Shown here piece after piece: positions 24,601 through 37,400 of a DNA stretch of 64,000 nt. Under the pieces are notes generated by a model. The model made no database searches. It was not told the origin of the DNA and saw nothing but the letters and a program-made list of their open reading frames with translations. Both the position numbers and the translations under genes were made by a program. How positions within the stretch are numbered: position 1 is the stretch's first letter; each line of letters begins with the position of its first letter. Source of the DNA: Takakia lepidozioides (lineage: Eukaryota; Plantae; Bryophyta); assembly GCA_030704615.1 (NCBI GenBank), contig CM060731.1:85312001-85376000 (forward strand), written 5' to 3'.

Positions 24601-27600
24601 TCAGTCTTAAACAACTGCTCAGACTCTCTGTCCCCATGCACCTCTTCTCCTGGGCCTGTTCATCCAACGTCCCAAAACAATCAATCCGCAGTCAAAGATA
24701 CAAACTGCTTGAAGGTATGAAACATTCGGGAGGTCCATCCCGAGAAAGCCATCGATGTCATTAAAGTATAGATTAACACAAACCAAGACATAATCTCACC
24801 TATGACATGGGTAACAGCAATGCCCTTGGAGCAGCGAACCTCCAGCACTCCACAAAATCCTGTAGCCCTTTGCACCGCACGCTGCATGTTGAGACCAAAT
24901 ACCTCCCCAAAGTCGTCATGTAAATACAATACCCCCCTGAGGCCTTCGTTAAGGGCTGCAAGGTGGAGATTCGAACAGGACAGGTGCCAGCACAGATGAC
25001 ATCCACAGCTACGTCCAGCTCGTGGCTTCTTTGGCCGAATGCTCCATATGCTTAGTGGCCCTGTTCTCCAAGTACGCATGATTCGGGTGAATATCTGTCT
25101 GGGGTAAAGAGCCAGGCCCCAGACACATGGGCCCCCCCGCACACACCAGTACACGACTACTACCTCCAGATCGCTTGACAGTACTCCGCTGAAGCTCTGT
25201 TGATGGACCTTCAATTAGGCCCAGGGCAACTTCGATACCCATTCCCAGGCATCGATCCCTTGCAACCTCAGGTAAACTTCCTCTGTACGGGCGCAGGGCA
25301 GACACTATACTCTGTGCAATAGGAAGACAGACATGTATAGGGGCTAGGTAGACCCCTGTTCCATAAATCAACATCTTGAGAAGCTCTTGGGATAAAGGAG
25401 CTTCACCAGGTAAGACATCTGCTGCCGCAACCCCTGGTTCAGAAAGATCATAAACTGAAATGGTCTGTCCATAGGTGACAATGCCAATGCGTGCTGCTGG
25501 TGAAAGGGAGTCCAAGAAGGAGTGCAATGAGCTTTGCAGGTCTCGAAGATGAATTTCGTCCAGGGTGTCATCAATTAGCACCACAACTGGGGCAGTCATA
25601 GTTGAATCAGACACTGACACAAACCCTGGGTGTCGCATACCTGCCAAGTTTGCAACAAACATTAGTCTGCACATTCCCATACAAGAGATCATGCACATAG
25701 ACATCTCCACGGCCTGCCAAATCACTACATGATAGCACTTGACTTGCCGGGGCAAGTTAGAACTCGAAGTGAAACAAGTATTCATTCTCCCAAACTTCTC
25801 TTGGAAGTCCCAAAATCTATTTGGTGTAAGCATTGCATGCAAATTTTATGTATAATATACAACACAAGACAGTCTGTAATCAGCACTCACATAACATTTA
25901 TGAACAGCCCATGAACTGCAAATTATCAGCACAAGAGTTTCCATGTGCTCCACTTCTGTGACTAATTGTAATGTTGCTGATGTGATGTTGCAACCTTGAG
26001 GTAATGCTGTTTGAACCATGCCTGCTCCTTTGTTATCACATTATGTACACTAATAATGGATTGACCTCCCTTAGGGTCGGGTCTCACCCAAGCAATCTTA
26101 ACGTTGGCACAAAATGCGGGCATTTCCATGTACACTTTCCAGCCCATTTACCAGTATTGCCTTTGTCGATCCATTCTCTTAAGGCCGTCCAGAATACCAA
26201 TGAGCCCCAGTTCCCTTGGTCCCAGGAAACAATTTCTGCAAAGGCAGTTCTACAGTGTCCTAAGAATGCTGTAAGAGTGACCAGGACCACAAATCAAGAT
26301 TATCAATGAGCTTACCTGCATCCACATAATCAACCACACTAGTCACAATCTCCGGCCAATTGTGCGAATCAACCCCACTGCCTGCTCCGTATTCTCCATT
26401 GCTACTGTTCAATTTGTGGCAAAAAATACATTGCCAGTGGCTGGAACTGGGTACAATGCTGCAAGTCAGATTTGCATATGCCCCACAGCTTTGACAACGC
26501 AAAGCATCACGCCTAACCATGGGAGGACCTGGCACTGTCTCCCTGCCTGGACATACAAGAGCTCCAAATCCCAAGCTTGCGGTATTTGTGATCTTCTTCT
26601 CCTTCAGCACCTACAAACAATAAGGATGAGAGACCAGAAAGTCACACAAGAAAGCACACTTTGAACATGAGATGTGCCATAAAAACGTCATGGGGTCAAA
26701 GCCACATAGGTGTATGTTGGATGTCACCCATTACAGTCAACCCAGCTCTAAAAGGGGGGGTCCCGGGTCAACCGGTCACTTAATGTGTAAGTACCTGAGG
26801 ACTTTCGAGTCCTTGGGGGAGATTTGGGCAACCGCATTGCCCCGGTTACAGCCATTAGAATGTTGTCCACCTTCCGAACAGAAGGCAGTAGCCCTTTGGG
26901 GTGAAGTGACACCACAAGTTACACCTTTGGCAGGAGTCTTCATATCTCTCCTCTATATCAATGTGAGAGGGTAAACCTGACCTCCCTTAAAAAGCTTTGA
27001 AAGATGAAAACATATGCAACAGGACGAGTCAAGAGAAGACACGTGGAAGAAGAAACAATGATAGGAAAGGAACCAGAAGAATGTTGTCTAATCACTTGGA
27101 GAGTCAATCCAAGATTAGGAAACAAAGAAATTATATCTTATATGACAGCGACCAGCTGTTATAACTTCCCAGTGACTTCATCAGTTCCCCCACAGTTGCA
27201 GACATACTAGGTGTTTGTGTCAACACGGGAAGACTCGCCACCAAAAATGCTACCACTCTGGCCCTGTAGTGACCCAGCATGGCGCCTTGCGTAGCAGCCA
27301 GGGACGAGTGGTCTCTTCCACTGAATTTGAATATCTGCTTCTTTTACTAGAAACTTCCAACCCGCCATGATGGCTACATTGGCAAGTAAAGTTGTGTACC
27401 GACTGTGCAAGCCTTCACAGTTTGTAATTAATTGCAACAGTTGCCAATCCACTGGTGAATCCACCACCTAGCTCCTAAAATTAGGCAGCTCTTTCACAAT
27501 GCTGACAAGTTATCATCAAAATGTCTCACTTCCCGTGCTCCTACTGAGACCGAAGCCATAAGTTTTGCAAGTGCCATGTCTGCCATCCACTGCTCTATAT

Positions 27601-28923
27601 ATATATTACCGGATAGGACTGTCTCTAATGTTCTCCTCATGCAAACCCATCATCATTACATAAACACTGACGCTTCACAAGACATTAGGGTTAAAATGTT
27701 GCAAGATACAGATCACATTTGCCATATGGAAATTGCTTGCAACAGATACTCAAACTGTCCTATGACTGTCTAGCAGATTCCATAGCCGTAGTGCAGGTGC
27801 TGCCTACAGGGATCCAGCCCTGGCCTCACCCCGAAACCCCTCTTTTCCGGAAGCCCATTGGTCTCAGACATACTGGTGGTCAAAATCTTTAATCCGGATA
27901 AGTTGCAAAAGAGAGACTCAACCCTAAATCTCACAAAGGGAATGGCCCTGAGAGGAGAGGGACACGTAGTGCTCTTCATGTCAGCCAATTATGCACTCCG
28001 TATTCACCTCAAAATCAAATGCAACGAGGTTGATTGGAGCCTCACAGAGTGACTTCCACTTAACTGCTTCACACTCAGCATAGATGCACCTTCCCAGACC
28101 TAATCGAGTATTTCACCTCTTCCGTTGACTCACGAATCAACACCGGATCAACTCCTCCTCTCTCGCTAAGGAGGGATCAAGAAAGGTCTCCGCTGCATTA
28201 CACACGTAATCGCATGATAAGTGATGACTAACCAACAAAAGCACCTATGCACATGAGCGAGTCAGAAAGATTTGAAGACAGCGATGCTCGCAGCTAAAAC
28301 CTTCCCCCTTTCCTTGATAAACAATAATACTGCATCGCCATTCTGATTCCTCTGGAGGTGGAAAGTGATAGTACCGTTTGAGAAGAGAACAAAACGAATG
28401 CGTCACACTGGTCATCTGCCAGACCCGAGTAGGTCGTATGGTCATCTTCAGCGATGTCAATTGGTGAAACCCGTGCTGGAGGTGGAGTCCCAGGAGCCAG
28501 CGGAATCTCAGAAAAGTTAGTGTTTCCTCTCACTGCCGAAGTTCGAGTAAAAACCGGTGCGCTAGAAGATACAAACCGTGCGGGGGTGGCAAAGTGAGGT
28601 AAGGGTTTTCCCTCGAAGCTGGGAGGAGGACCCATAGGTATGGCGGGTTGTGACTGCGCTAGCAATGCTGGTGAGGTTTAGCTAGCCTCCTCATTATTGA
28701 CATTAGCAGGAGGAAACCTTCTTGCATTTGACGCAGTCAAGGTATTTTGGCTATCACTCAATTCATTTACTGCGAACGAGGTATGGGGGCCATTAACATG
28801 AGTATGGTCGATATGTGAATGAGATGAATGTGCTGATGCCTCCGAGCAAAATGGCGGAGGGCGCAGCCTTCGAGGACTTACATTTTGCGATGGAGAGGGA
28901 GATTGGAAACGGTAGTCAGCCAT
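21693..28923 (-). CDS. SEC23A: COPII coat SEC23A-like (At4g01810-type) gene; exons 28923-28375, 26610-26316, 25640-24800, 24655-24387, 24040-23774, 23320-23168, 22665-22549, 22251-22180, 21830-21693; reading frame disrupted
   Basis: Zn finger RCQSCGAYAN...WQCIFC; vWA trunk (VVVLIDDTLD, DRCLG, GGP..GPGS); helical LFHLRRGPLLG; gelsolin VLDHGTDIFIW; C-terminus RLIPAHKD...SFCEWMRSLKLVPPEP; all junctions GT-AG. In-frame TAA at 28678-28680; -1 slips near 25022 and 24932. Confidence 0.9.
22948..23235. repeat. ~140-bp tandem duplication of SEC23 exon-6 3' end and its donor site
   Basis: 22948-23085 repeats 23090-23235 (TAACACAGAATTG.AAGTAAT...GATAACAGCATCAGACTGCATAG). Confidence 0.8.
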
Positions 28924-29020
28924 ATCGAGGGTAGTCCTGGCCGCTTGCCGGATGGCTAAGTTTTGAAAGTATTCAGCATCCCCCAGTCCTTGCTGCTCAC
29001 GAGAGAGAGAAGAGAGTATC

Positions 29021-29035
29021 TAAGAGCATCTCCAG
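29021..29035 (+). mobile_element. Solo PIF/Harbinger (Tourist)-like terminus ~100 bp upstream of the SEC23 ATG
   Basis: TAA followed by GAGCATCTCCA; partner TIR not found. Confidence 0.3.
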
Positions 29036-29965
29036 CGGTGCAAGCCAAAATGCCCCGCCAAGTGCACTCTACGGCCCGTTTGGCGGGGCCAATTTCCAAG
29101 ATACCAGAGGAGTAGAAAAAAAAAAACCCTGCCGTGCAAGCATGGTGCCTCGCTATCTTGGCCTTGGGGTTTGGGCCCGCCTTGCTGCCATGGCAGTACA
29201 GTCTGCCCTGGATAAATGTTTACAGTCGAAAAAATAACATTTAGACAAGGTTAACACATTAACAGCTATGAAGGGGTTAATCGTAACACATTAACATTTA
29301 CAGAAGGTAACATTTACCAGATAGGAAAAACAAAGTTTGGAAAGACGGGGCGATGTAACTCCACATGTTGCGGTGAGGGGAGGGAGCAGTGGCAATGGTA
29401 ACTCTACCTCTTAGCGCGATCTGCGAGATGGAGTTGCCTCCTAACCTGCCTAATCGTCGTCGCCTTCATCATCTCCTCATGACATCCCACTTCGCAGGCT
29501 CTTCAAAGCAAGCGGTGCCACGACGAACGTTGTTTCCTGATTTTATAACCATCCCTCTATATTCATCAGGCCTTTCTAAGCCCCAACAAGTATCCATCTA
29601 CCTTCATCTTGTTACTCTAATCGAGGGATTCATGCGCTTCAATGCGCCTCCATCTTCATAGTGGTGATATTTTGGCCGGATTGTAGCTATCCCTCATTAA
29701 AGACTGATGAGACAGTTAGCCGCCAATTTCCATTCTCATCCTCTCACCACCTTTAATCCACCCCAGGTGTCTCTTCTCCCAAGCCTTCCCCCCAGCTTGT
29801 GTTCTAGACTTTCCGAGAGCCACCCCTCTTTCGCTTAGTTGAGAGAGTCTGAGATTATCGTAAGATGGGCCCTAATTTCCAGTTCAAGGGAGCTCACAAT
29901 CGGGTGATGCATTTTTTCTGGCCCACCGGGCTCATGCTACTGGTCGGCAGGACAACATCCGGGCC

Positions 29966-30882
29966 TTGGCCATTGCTACGGCTTCCTCAACTGGCCAATC
30001 GGGCCTCCCACCTCCCTCAGTCCCCCCAGCTCACACAGCTTCAAGTGTGCCGAATATGTTGGAGGATGCATTGTCTGAAGAAGGGGACATTGAAGAATCG
30101 CAAGCTGAGATGGAGGAAGCAGCACTCTCTATAGCTATTGATTTTGATTCTCTCAATGACAAAGTCTCGGGATGCCATGAGCGAGGTATCCTCCTGCATT
30201 TTCCCGGAACGAAACAAGACCGAACCTTTGTTCGAGAGTGGGTGATCTCTCACCTTGGAGGATCGGGCGATCTGCAACAACACTTTTGCCATCCAAGAGG
30301 TCGTGGGTTCTAGTCGATCATTTTTTAAACCAAGGCCGCAGCTGATCATGCCCTGGCGTTCACCCCCCACAGGCTGGGCCCTAATATTAACATATTTCCT
30401 TGGTTTCCCCAGATGGGTAACATGAATGGGACAATATGGGCTCCAAAGATTGTCACCGTTTGTGGGATCCCTGATCTTCCTCCCAAACATTGGGAATGCT
30501 TTGGCTCTACTACCCTTGGCTTTCTGGCGTGTTCGACCCTGAAATGTGTATGGATACATTGAGAAAAAAGGATGCGTGGAAAGGAGTAACAATAGCTTCC
30601 AAGATGAAGGAGAATGGTCTTCCCAAAATCGTTATCATGATGCCCAATGAGAGCAAGATCCCGAATTGCATCAGATTGCCCATTGACAACAAGGGGAACT
30701 ACTTCTCTGTCAAACTAATGAAAGACTCGCCTGGATCAGCTTGTTATAACTGTGGAAAACAAGGTCACATGAAAGCGGATTGTCCAATTGGAAAGAGAAA
30801 ACGCAACTCCCCAATCCAACCGGTCTCTGCTCCGCTAATTGCAACCTCTACCCCGCTAATTGCAACTTCTCCCTTGGACTAG
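29966..30882 (+). pseudogene. LINE (L1-like) ORF1 remnant
   Basis: DUF4283-like segment (VREWV...RGRGF) and CCHC knuckle CYNCGKQGHMKADCP, frameshifted; no RT found. Confidence 0.55.
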
Positions 30883-32112
30883 ATCGCACCAACAAAAATC
30901 CTAAGCACTACAGGGTTCCATGCACCTCTGGGGAATGCCCCTTCCAAGGAGAATCTTACCTCAACTCAGTCTACGCCTATTCTGGTTAAAGCTGCTACTC
31001 CTATGCAAACTGAAGCTGGTATCTGCCAAGAAAGACAAAGCTGGGCCCTGAATGATCTTCCATCATCAGTTACTGCACCCGTTGCTAAAAAGCACCGCAG
31101 GCCAGCTGACCCTATGGAGCTGGAAAATGACATCTCCAGATCAATTGTGAACACTAGGTCCCCCCTCCAATACATCCATGGAGGGGAGGACCTGTCGGCT
31201 GCCATCTTGTGGTCACCAATTCCGGAGCTGCAGCAGCATACTGCGATCGTGGAGGCTCCTAGGGTTCAGGCATCCCCTCAACCAGGGCCAATCGTCATCT
31301 CCACAACAGTTCTTATTGACTCTGAAGACAGCTCAACACCCACAACGTTACATCATATACCAGAAATCATAGGTCTCCCTTCCAACTCCAAGACCCCCAT
31401 GAGATCAATTGACTTTCAAAATCCAGATGCAAGCATAGGAATTGCACTCAATCCCATAATTTCTAGCATATGCTTAAGATTGCAAACCTTTCCCACCCTC
31501 TCTCTTCAAGGATGCACTCAGTTGGCTTCATCAAAATAGTCCCAGGCAGCATGCATAACCCCGCTGATATTCTGCAACGAACCTAGAATTTTGATCACGT
31601 CTCCAAACAGAGAAGGGATGGAATCTCTTTGGATCACCACTGTGGACATTCATAAATTTGTTATCAAAGAGCCAATAGGTGACAGTCCAATCCCCACGCT
31701 CAGGAGAAAGATTGAAGAATACTTTCAAATTCATCTACCTCACTAGCAGGGGAGGTTTCAATCTCGTGGGCATCCTACATCGAAGCATACCCTGGTCTAA
31801 GTGACGGCCCATCCACACAAGTTCTGGCCCTCATAAACGTGGAGCACTTATGCTCTAATTTGCCACCACTTTGTGACATATGGGTCCGGGAAAAGAGCAG
31901 TTCAGAACCCTGGTGTACACAACAGGCTCAGTTTCAAACAAAGGATACGCTTCACAATGGCTTTGCATTGCTCCATGCCTTATTGGAGTCAGAGGCAGGC
32001 AAGCAATCCACCATGGCAAGATCTTCAGCCAGTCTCTCGGAGGATTCATTGGAGTCAGCCAAGGTGTCCCTGGATGCTGTTGAAGTACGGGCGACGCCTG
32101 CAGCTGGCAAGG

Positions 32113-34413
32113 TGTTAGAGGGCTGCTTGGGACTTAGACGTTTTTACGGGATCTGTGGGGTACCCTTAATTTTTACACAAACTGAGACCAACAGGAGCCG
32201 TAGGGGTGACAGCAACAGGCTTTAGTGGGGGAGATACACAGCCCGACACAGCCCGTCACAGTCCGATACAGCCGACACAGCCGATACAGTCAGACACAGC
32301 CGTCACAGTCATCACAGCCGTCATAGCTTCGCACAGCCAACACAGCCCGTCACAGTCATCACAGCCGTCACAGCTTCGCACAGCCAACACAGCCCGACAC
32401 AGCCCAACACAACCAGTCACAGCCCGACACAGCCGCCACAGCTTCGCACAGCCCTACACAGCCTGATACAGCCAGTCACAGCTCGGCACAGCTGGGGGAC
32501 AGTTATCATTGGAAGGGAACGACATCTGAAGAAGGAACGTGTACTACATGGATGACGGTTAGTTAGGAAAGCGGTTAGAACAGCTTGTAGGTAGATAAAA
32601 GCGAAGAGCGGGGACGCCATGGGGATCACTTCTTGGGAGGACTTCTGGCATCACGGCTTGGAAATGAAGGGGAGAGCGCATCTCTGAGTGAAAAGATGGA
32701 GAGCACGGAGTAGGAGGAGAGACGATCTGTTGATACTTGATGAATGTAAGCTGTAGAATTGCAATGTAGAGTAGATTAGAGACACCATGGCTTCAGCCTG
32801 ATACTTGATAGATATTAATCTGATACATACTTCATACTCACACTGTGTAGAGAGACCTGAGTGAAGGTGTGGATGAATGGATGAGTGGATGGAACCTGAT
32901 AGATTGCTGAAGCAATCTGATACTTAATTGCAGACAGTAAGGTAACTCGCTAACATGAATGCGGGAAGGAGTACAAATAGGAAACACCCCCATGATACAC
33001 TAGCTGTAGGTCATGACTGACTGTTCTGAGCGGGCTGAGTGCTTAGAGATTTCCAACTCTTCTATCTTGGAGTTCCCACCTCGGATAGCGAAGGGATGGG
33101 TGAGTAAAAGCCGCTCGACATTTGGCGACCATACTGGGGAACTGGGTCATGAACAACCAGATGTGACAGGCATCTGGTGGGATCATGGTGGTTGGAGAAT
33201 TAAAGAATTTGATGTGAATCAAATTCCCTGTGAAACTGAGAAGGAAAGATTGTCCAAACGATTCTTTCAGAGGTTCTTGGAATTGCCAGACGGTTGTAAA
33301 GAAAACATTCTTAAGAGAGTGCATGATGCTGACCCTGAATGGGGTCTGGAGAAATGAGTGATAAAGATTTATCAGGTGGCGTGTAGAGGAAGAGCACGTT
33401 GGTTACCAACACTGGTTTATGTGATAACATTGCTATCCATTAAGCGAGTAGAGTTTGAAGGCTGGGAGGAAAGAAAGGTGAATGTTTATACTCATATGCA
33501 TGAAGAGCTTGTACTGGTAAAGAATTGGATTCCAAAGGATATTTTGTGGATCAAACTCACACCAAGAACAGCTTTCCAGACTTGTTTGTCATATGGTTAT
33601 ATGGTAACGGAGACTCCTAGTATAGCCAAGGGTGCATTGAAGCTTGAAAGAAACCCAGACATATACGAGAGATATTACAGAAGAGAGTTTTGGTTATTGC
33701 CACATTAAAAGAAATGAAAGACATGGAACATGAGTGATGAAAGAGAAGCTAGACTCCAGAGATATTCAGCAAAAAGAGAAAGTTATCTGAAAGCTAATTA
33801 TCCATATCTTTGGGAGAGAGGAATAGACATAGGGGAATCATCTGGACCTCTCACACCATTAAGATCATAGAGTACATCACCCATACCGGAAGAACTAGAG
33901 TTGGATGCCACTCTTTCTTTTTCTTTGCAAGAAAGATTAAGGGAATTAGTACGGGAAGAAGATCAATCACGAGGTGAAAGATCTGAGGTACATCCCTGGA
34001 TAAAAGATTTTGACAGAAATCTTTGATAAGAGTTGGCATGGAACACCAAAAGCAAGAACTCCAGTTTCTGAAGCGGAAGGTGAAGAAGGAAGAGAAGATG
34101 TGGCAGAGCCAACGGAGAGTTCAGACTCTCGGAATGAAGGCCATACCACCACTGAATGCCACATGAAGGAGAAACATTGTACCATCTGTAAGATGGATAA
34201 CCATTCTACTGAGAATTGTTACTACAACAGAAGGACAGCTGCAAGAGAACCTAGGCAAGTAAGGGTGCATCAAGTGCAGCCCCAGCCAAGAAGAAACAGT
34301 GATCAGGACCACTATGGTAGGCCTGGTGGTTATAACAATGGCATGGAAGGGAGAGGTAATTCAAGAAGGAATTACCAAGGAAATTCCAGAGGCAACTATC
34401 AGGGTAATCCAAG
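32113..34413 (+). mobile_element. Ty3/gypsy 5' fragment: LTR (32113-32955) + N-terminal ORF + internally deleted gag
   Basis: TGTTAG...CTAACA termini; 33013-34127 is a near-identical inverted copy of ~40506-39400; 34128-34413 matches ~38255-37977. Confidence 0.85.
32236..32492. repeat. ACAGCC(C/G)-based minisatellite in the LTR; counterpart at 41026-41141
   Basis: Visible tandem CACAGCCCG/CACAGCCGT units. Confidence 0.85.
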
Positions 34414-37400
34414 GGTCCTTCCCCATTCAGTTTTCATGGTAGGTAACAAGAATTCCACTGGAAGTAAATCTTCCATACCATAAACTAATTGGAATGGTGT
34501 ATACTTAGTGGTGATTTTATATGAAGTCATGTATGACCACAAAAGCTGTCAGCAGCTTTGTATCCCAATCTGTTCTGTTTGCATTGACTATCTTAGCCAA
34601 GATAGTACATAGTATTTTGTTGATAGCCTCTGCCTGCCCATTACCCTGTGGGTAATAAGTTGTACTCTTCTTATGCACAATCATGAACTCTTTAGTCAAT
34701 AGTTCAATGGTCTCATTAATGAAGTGACTTCCCTGGTCACTGATAAATTCCAGGGGACAGCCAAATCGTGTAAGTATGTTCTCATATATGAACCTTGCTG
34801 TGGACTTAGCTGTGTTATCCCTCAAAGCTTTAGCTTCCACCCACTTGGTAGTATAATCAGTGGCTGTGATTATATACTTGTTCTGTGTATTCTTGGCTGG
34901 TGGGTTAATGGTCCAACAAAGTCTAGTCCCCATTTCTGAAATGGTTCAGTAGGCATCGTAGGATGCAAAGCCATCTTCCCAGATTTCTGCAATGGTCCTA
35001 GCCTCTTACACTCATCACAACTCTGACAATACTTGTGTACATCCTTGAACAAAGTAGGCCACCAGTAACCTGCAAGTAGTAACTTTCTACTGGTAGTTTC
35101 TTCTCCAAAATGACCTCCAGCCACTCCTTTATGAACTTCCTCCAAAACTTTACTTACTTCATGGTGGTACAAGCATCGTTTAAGTACTCCATCAGGTCCT
35201 AGCCTATACATTCTGCCCCCTACCATAGTATAAGGTAAAGCCTTGATAGCGATTCTCTTCCTCTGCTCCTTTCCATAACTAGGTGGGCACTGACCATGAG
35301 TAAGGTAGTATCTGATTGGCCACTGCCAATCTAACTAGTCATCTGCACTTCCCTGCACCTCCACTGCAAATAAACTCGCATCAGGTAATTGGTCATCTAC
35401 TCCTGTGGCGGGCTCTCCTGTTGATAGGCGTGACAAGTGATCTGCCACAAGATGCAAATGACCAGGCTTGTAAACAACTTCGAAGTCAAACTCGTGCAAG
35501 ATTATTAACCACCTTGCTATCCTTCCACTTATCAAAGGTTTGTTCACCAGATATATCAGAGCCTAGTGATCCACATAAAACATAAACTTCCTTCCCAATA
35601 GGTAATGCTTGAATTTCTTGACTGCATAAATCATTGTTAGTGCTTCTCTTTCAGTTGTGCTATAGTTCCTTTCAGCACTGTTCATCAACTTGCTAGCATA
35701 GTACACAGGTGAATCTATATTTCTTGTAACATTTTGGGCTAACACTGCTCCCAACGCTTCTCCTGAGGCATCACAGTGAACATGAAATACTACATGTCAG
35801 TGAGGGTTAATCAGCACAGGTGTAGTTGTTACTGACAATGTAAGTTCCTCAAAAGCCTGTTGACATTTAGCTGTCCATGCAAACACTGCATCTTTATTCA
35901 GAAGCTTGCTCAATGGTGCTGCTATCTGTGCATACCGTCTGACAAATCTTCTGCAATAACTGGTTTGTCCAAGGAATCTTCTTAGACTCTTAACATTTAC
36001 TAGTGGTGGAGAAGCTTTAATGGCCTCTGTCTTTCTGGGATCCACAAGAAGTCCCCTCTTACACACAATGTATCCCAAAAGCACCCCTGAGTTCACACAG
36101 AAAGTACACTTCTCTGGATTCAGGCCCAGACCTCTCATCCTGCATCTGGCCAAACATAACTCCAATTTATGCAAGTGCTCATTCTTAGAGCTGTACACAC
36201 TGAAATCATCCAAGAACACCTACATGAAATCATCCAGATACTCATGAAAAGATTCACTTATCACTCTCTGAAAGGTTGCTGGTGCATTACAAAGTCCAAA
36301 AGGCATGACTTTGTATGCATAAGCACCCCAGTCTGTGATGAAAGTTGTCTTTCCCTGGTCTTCTTCTGTCACTTGCACTTGATTATAACCACTAAAGCCA
36401 TCCATGAATGAGTACATCTCATGGCCTGCCACAGTGTCCAATACCGCTTCTGTGAATGGCAAAGGGAAATGATCTTTCTTCGTACAAGCATTCAACTTCT
36501 TATAGTTCACACAAACTCTCACCTACCTTCACCATCCTTGGTTCCTCTTCAGTTCCCACATTCACTTCTCTCACCTGCTTATCAGCTGTGACTATCCAAC
36601 CAGTCACCACCTCATCCTGTAAACTCACAGTGGCTGGTTCCTCTAGGATTCCATTTTCTCCCTCTTTTTCTTCATAGAAATGTGGTGGGTAACTGCTTGT
36701 TTCACCCTCAATTGGTGTTGTTGTCACTACACCACAATGGATACCTTTTAAACAACTTAGGTCTTCTAGTTGCATCTCTGCAACCTGCTCCCACTCTGGA
36801 TGTGCAGCAAACAAAGTAGCTTCCTGCTCCTCATCAAGTCCTCCCCTCCAGTCATACTCCCTGACCCCTCGAGGTCTTCTCGTAGCAGGTAATCTACTAG
36901 ATTTCTTAGTGGTGATTTGTATCTTGTGCATCCCATCATGCACAGTTAGTAACTGGGAATTCCAGTCATGGAATACCCTGGCCTGTTTCAGCCACGGTCA
37001 ATCCAACAATAAGGAGTAAGCTTCCATGACTTCATCCATTTTCAACACAGTTACTGGGATCTTAAAGATCATCTTTTGAATCTGTATCTTAACTCCTCTT
37101 ATCAATTCCAATGGCTGTACACTTCTTTGATCTGCCATTGTTACTGTAAATGGGGTTGGTTTCATGTTACTTAGACCAAGCTTCTGCCTTAATTGGTCTG
37201 TCATGATATTCACTCTAGAGCCTCCATCTATCAGTACATCAGTTAGTTCTGTGCTTCCAATTCTCAATTGGATTACTGGCATAGAATCATCAAAGTCCAT
37301 GACTGTTTCTCGCCCTTCCGGCTTCACATTTTAACTAGTCACCTTGTTGTTCAGGTCTATGTTCCCTGTCACATGGGCAATTCGATTGATTGCTTGATAC

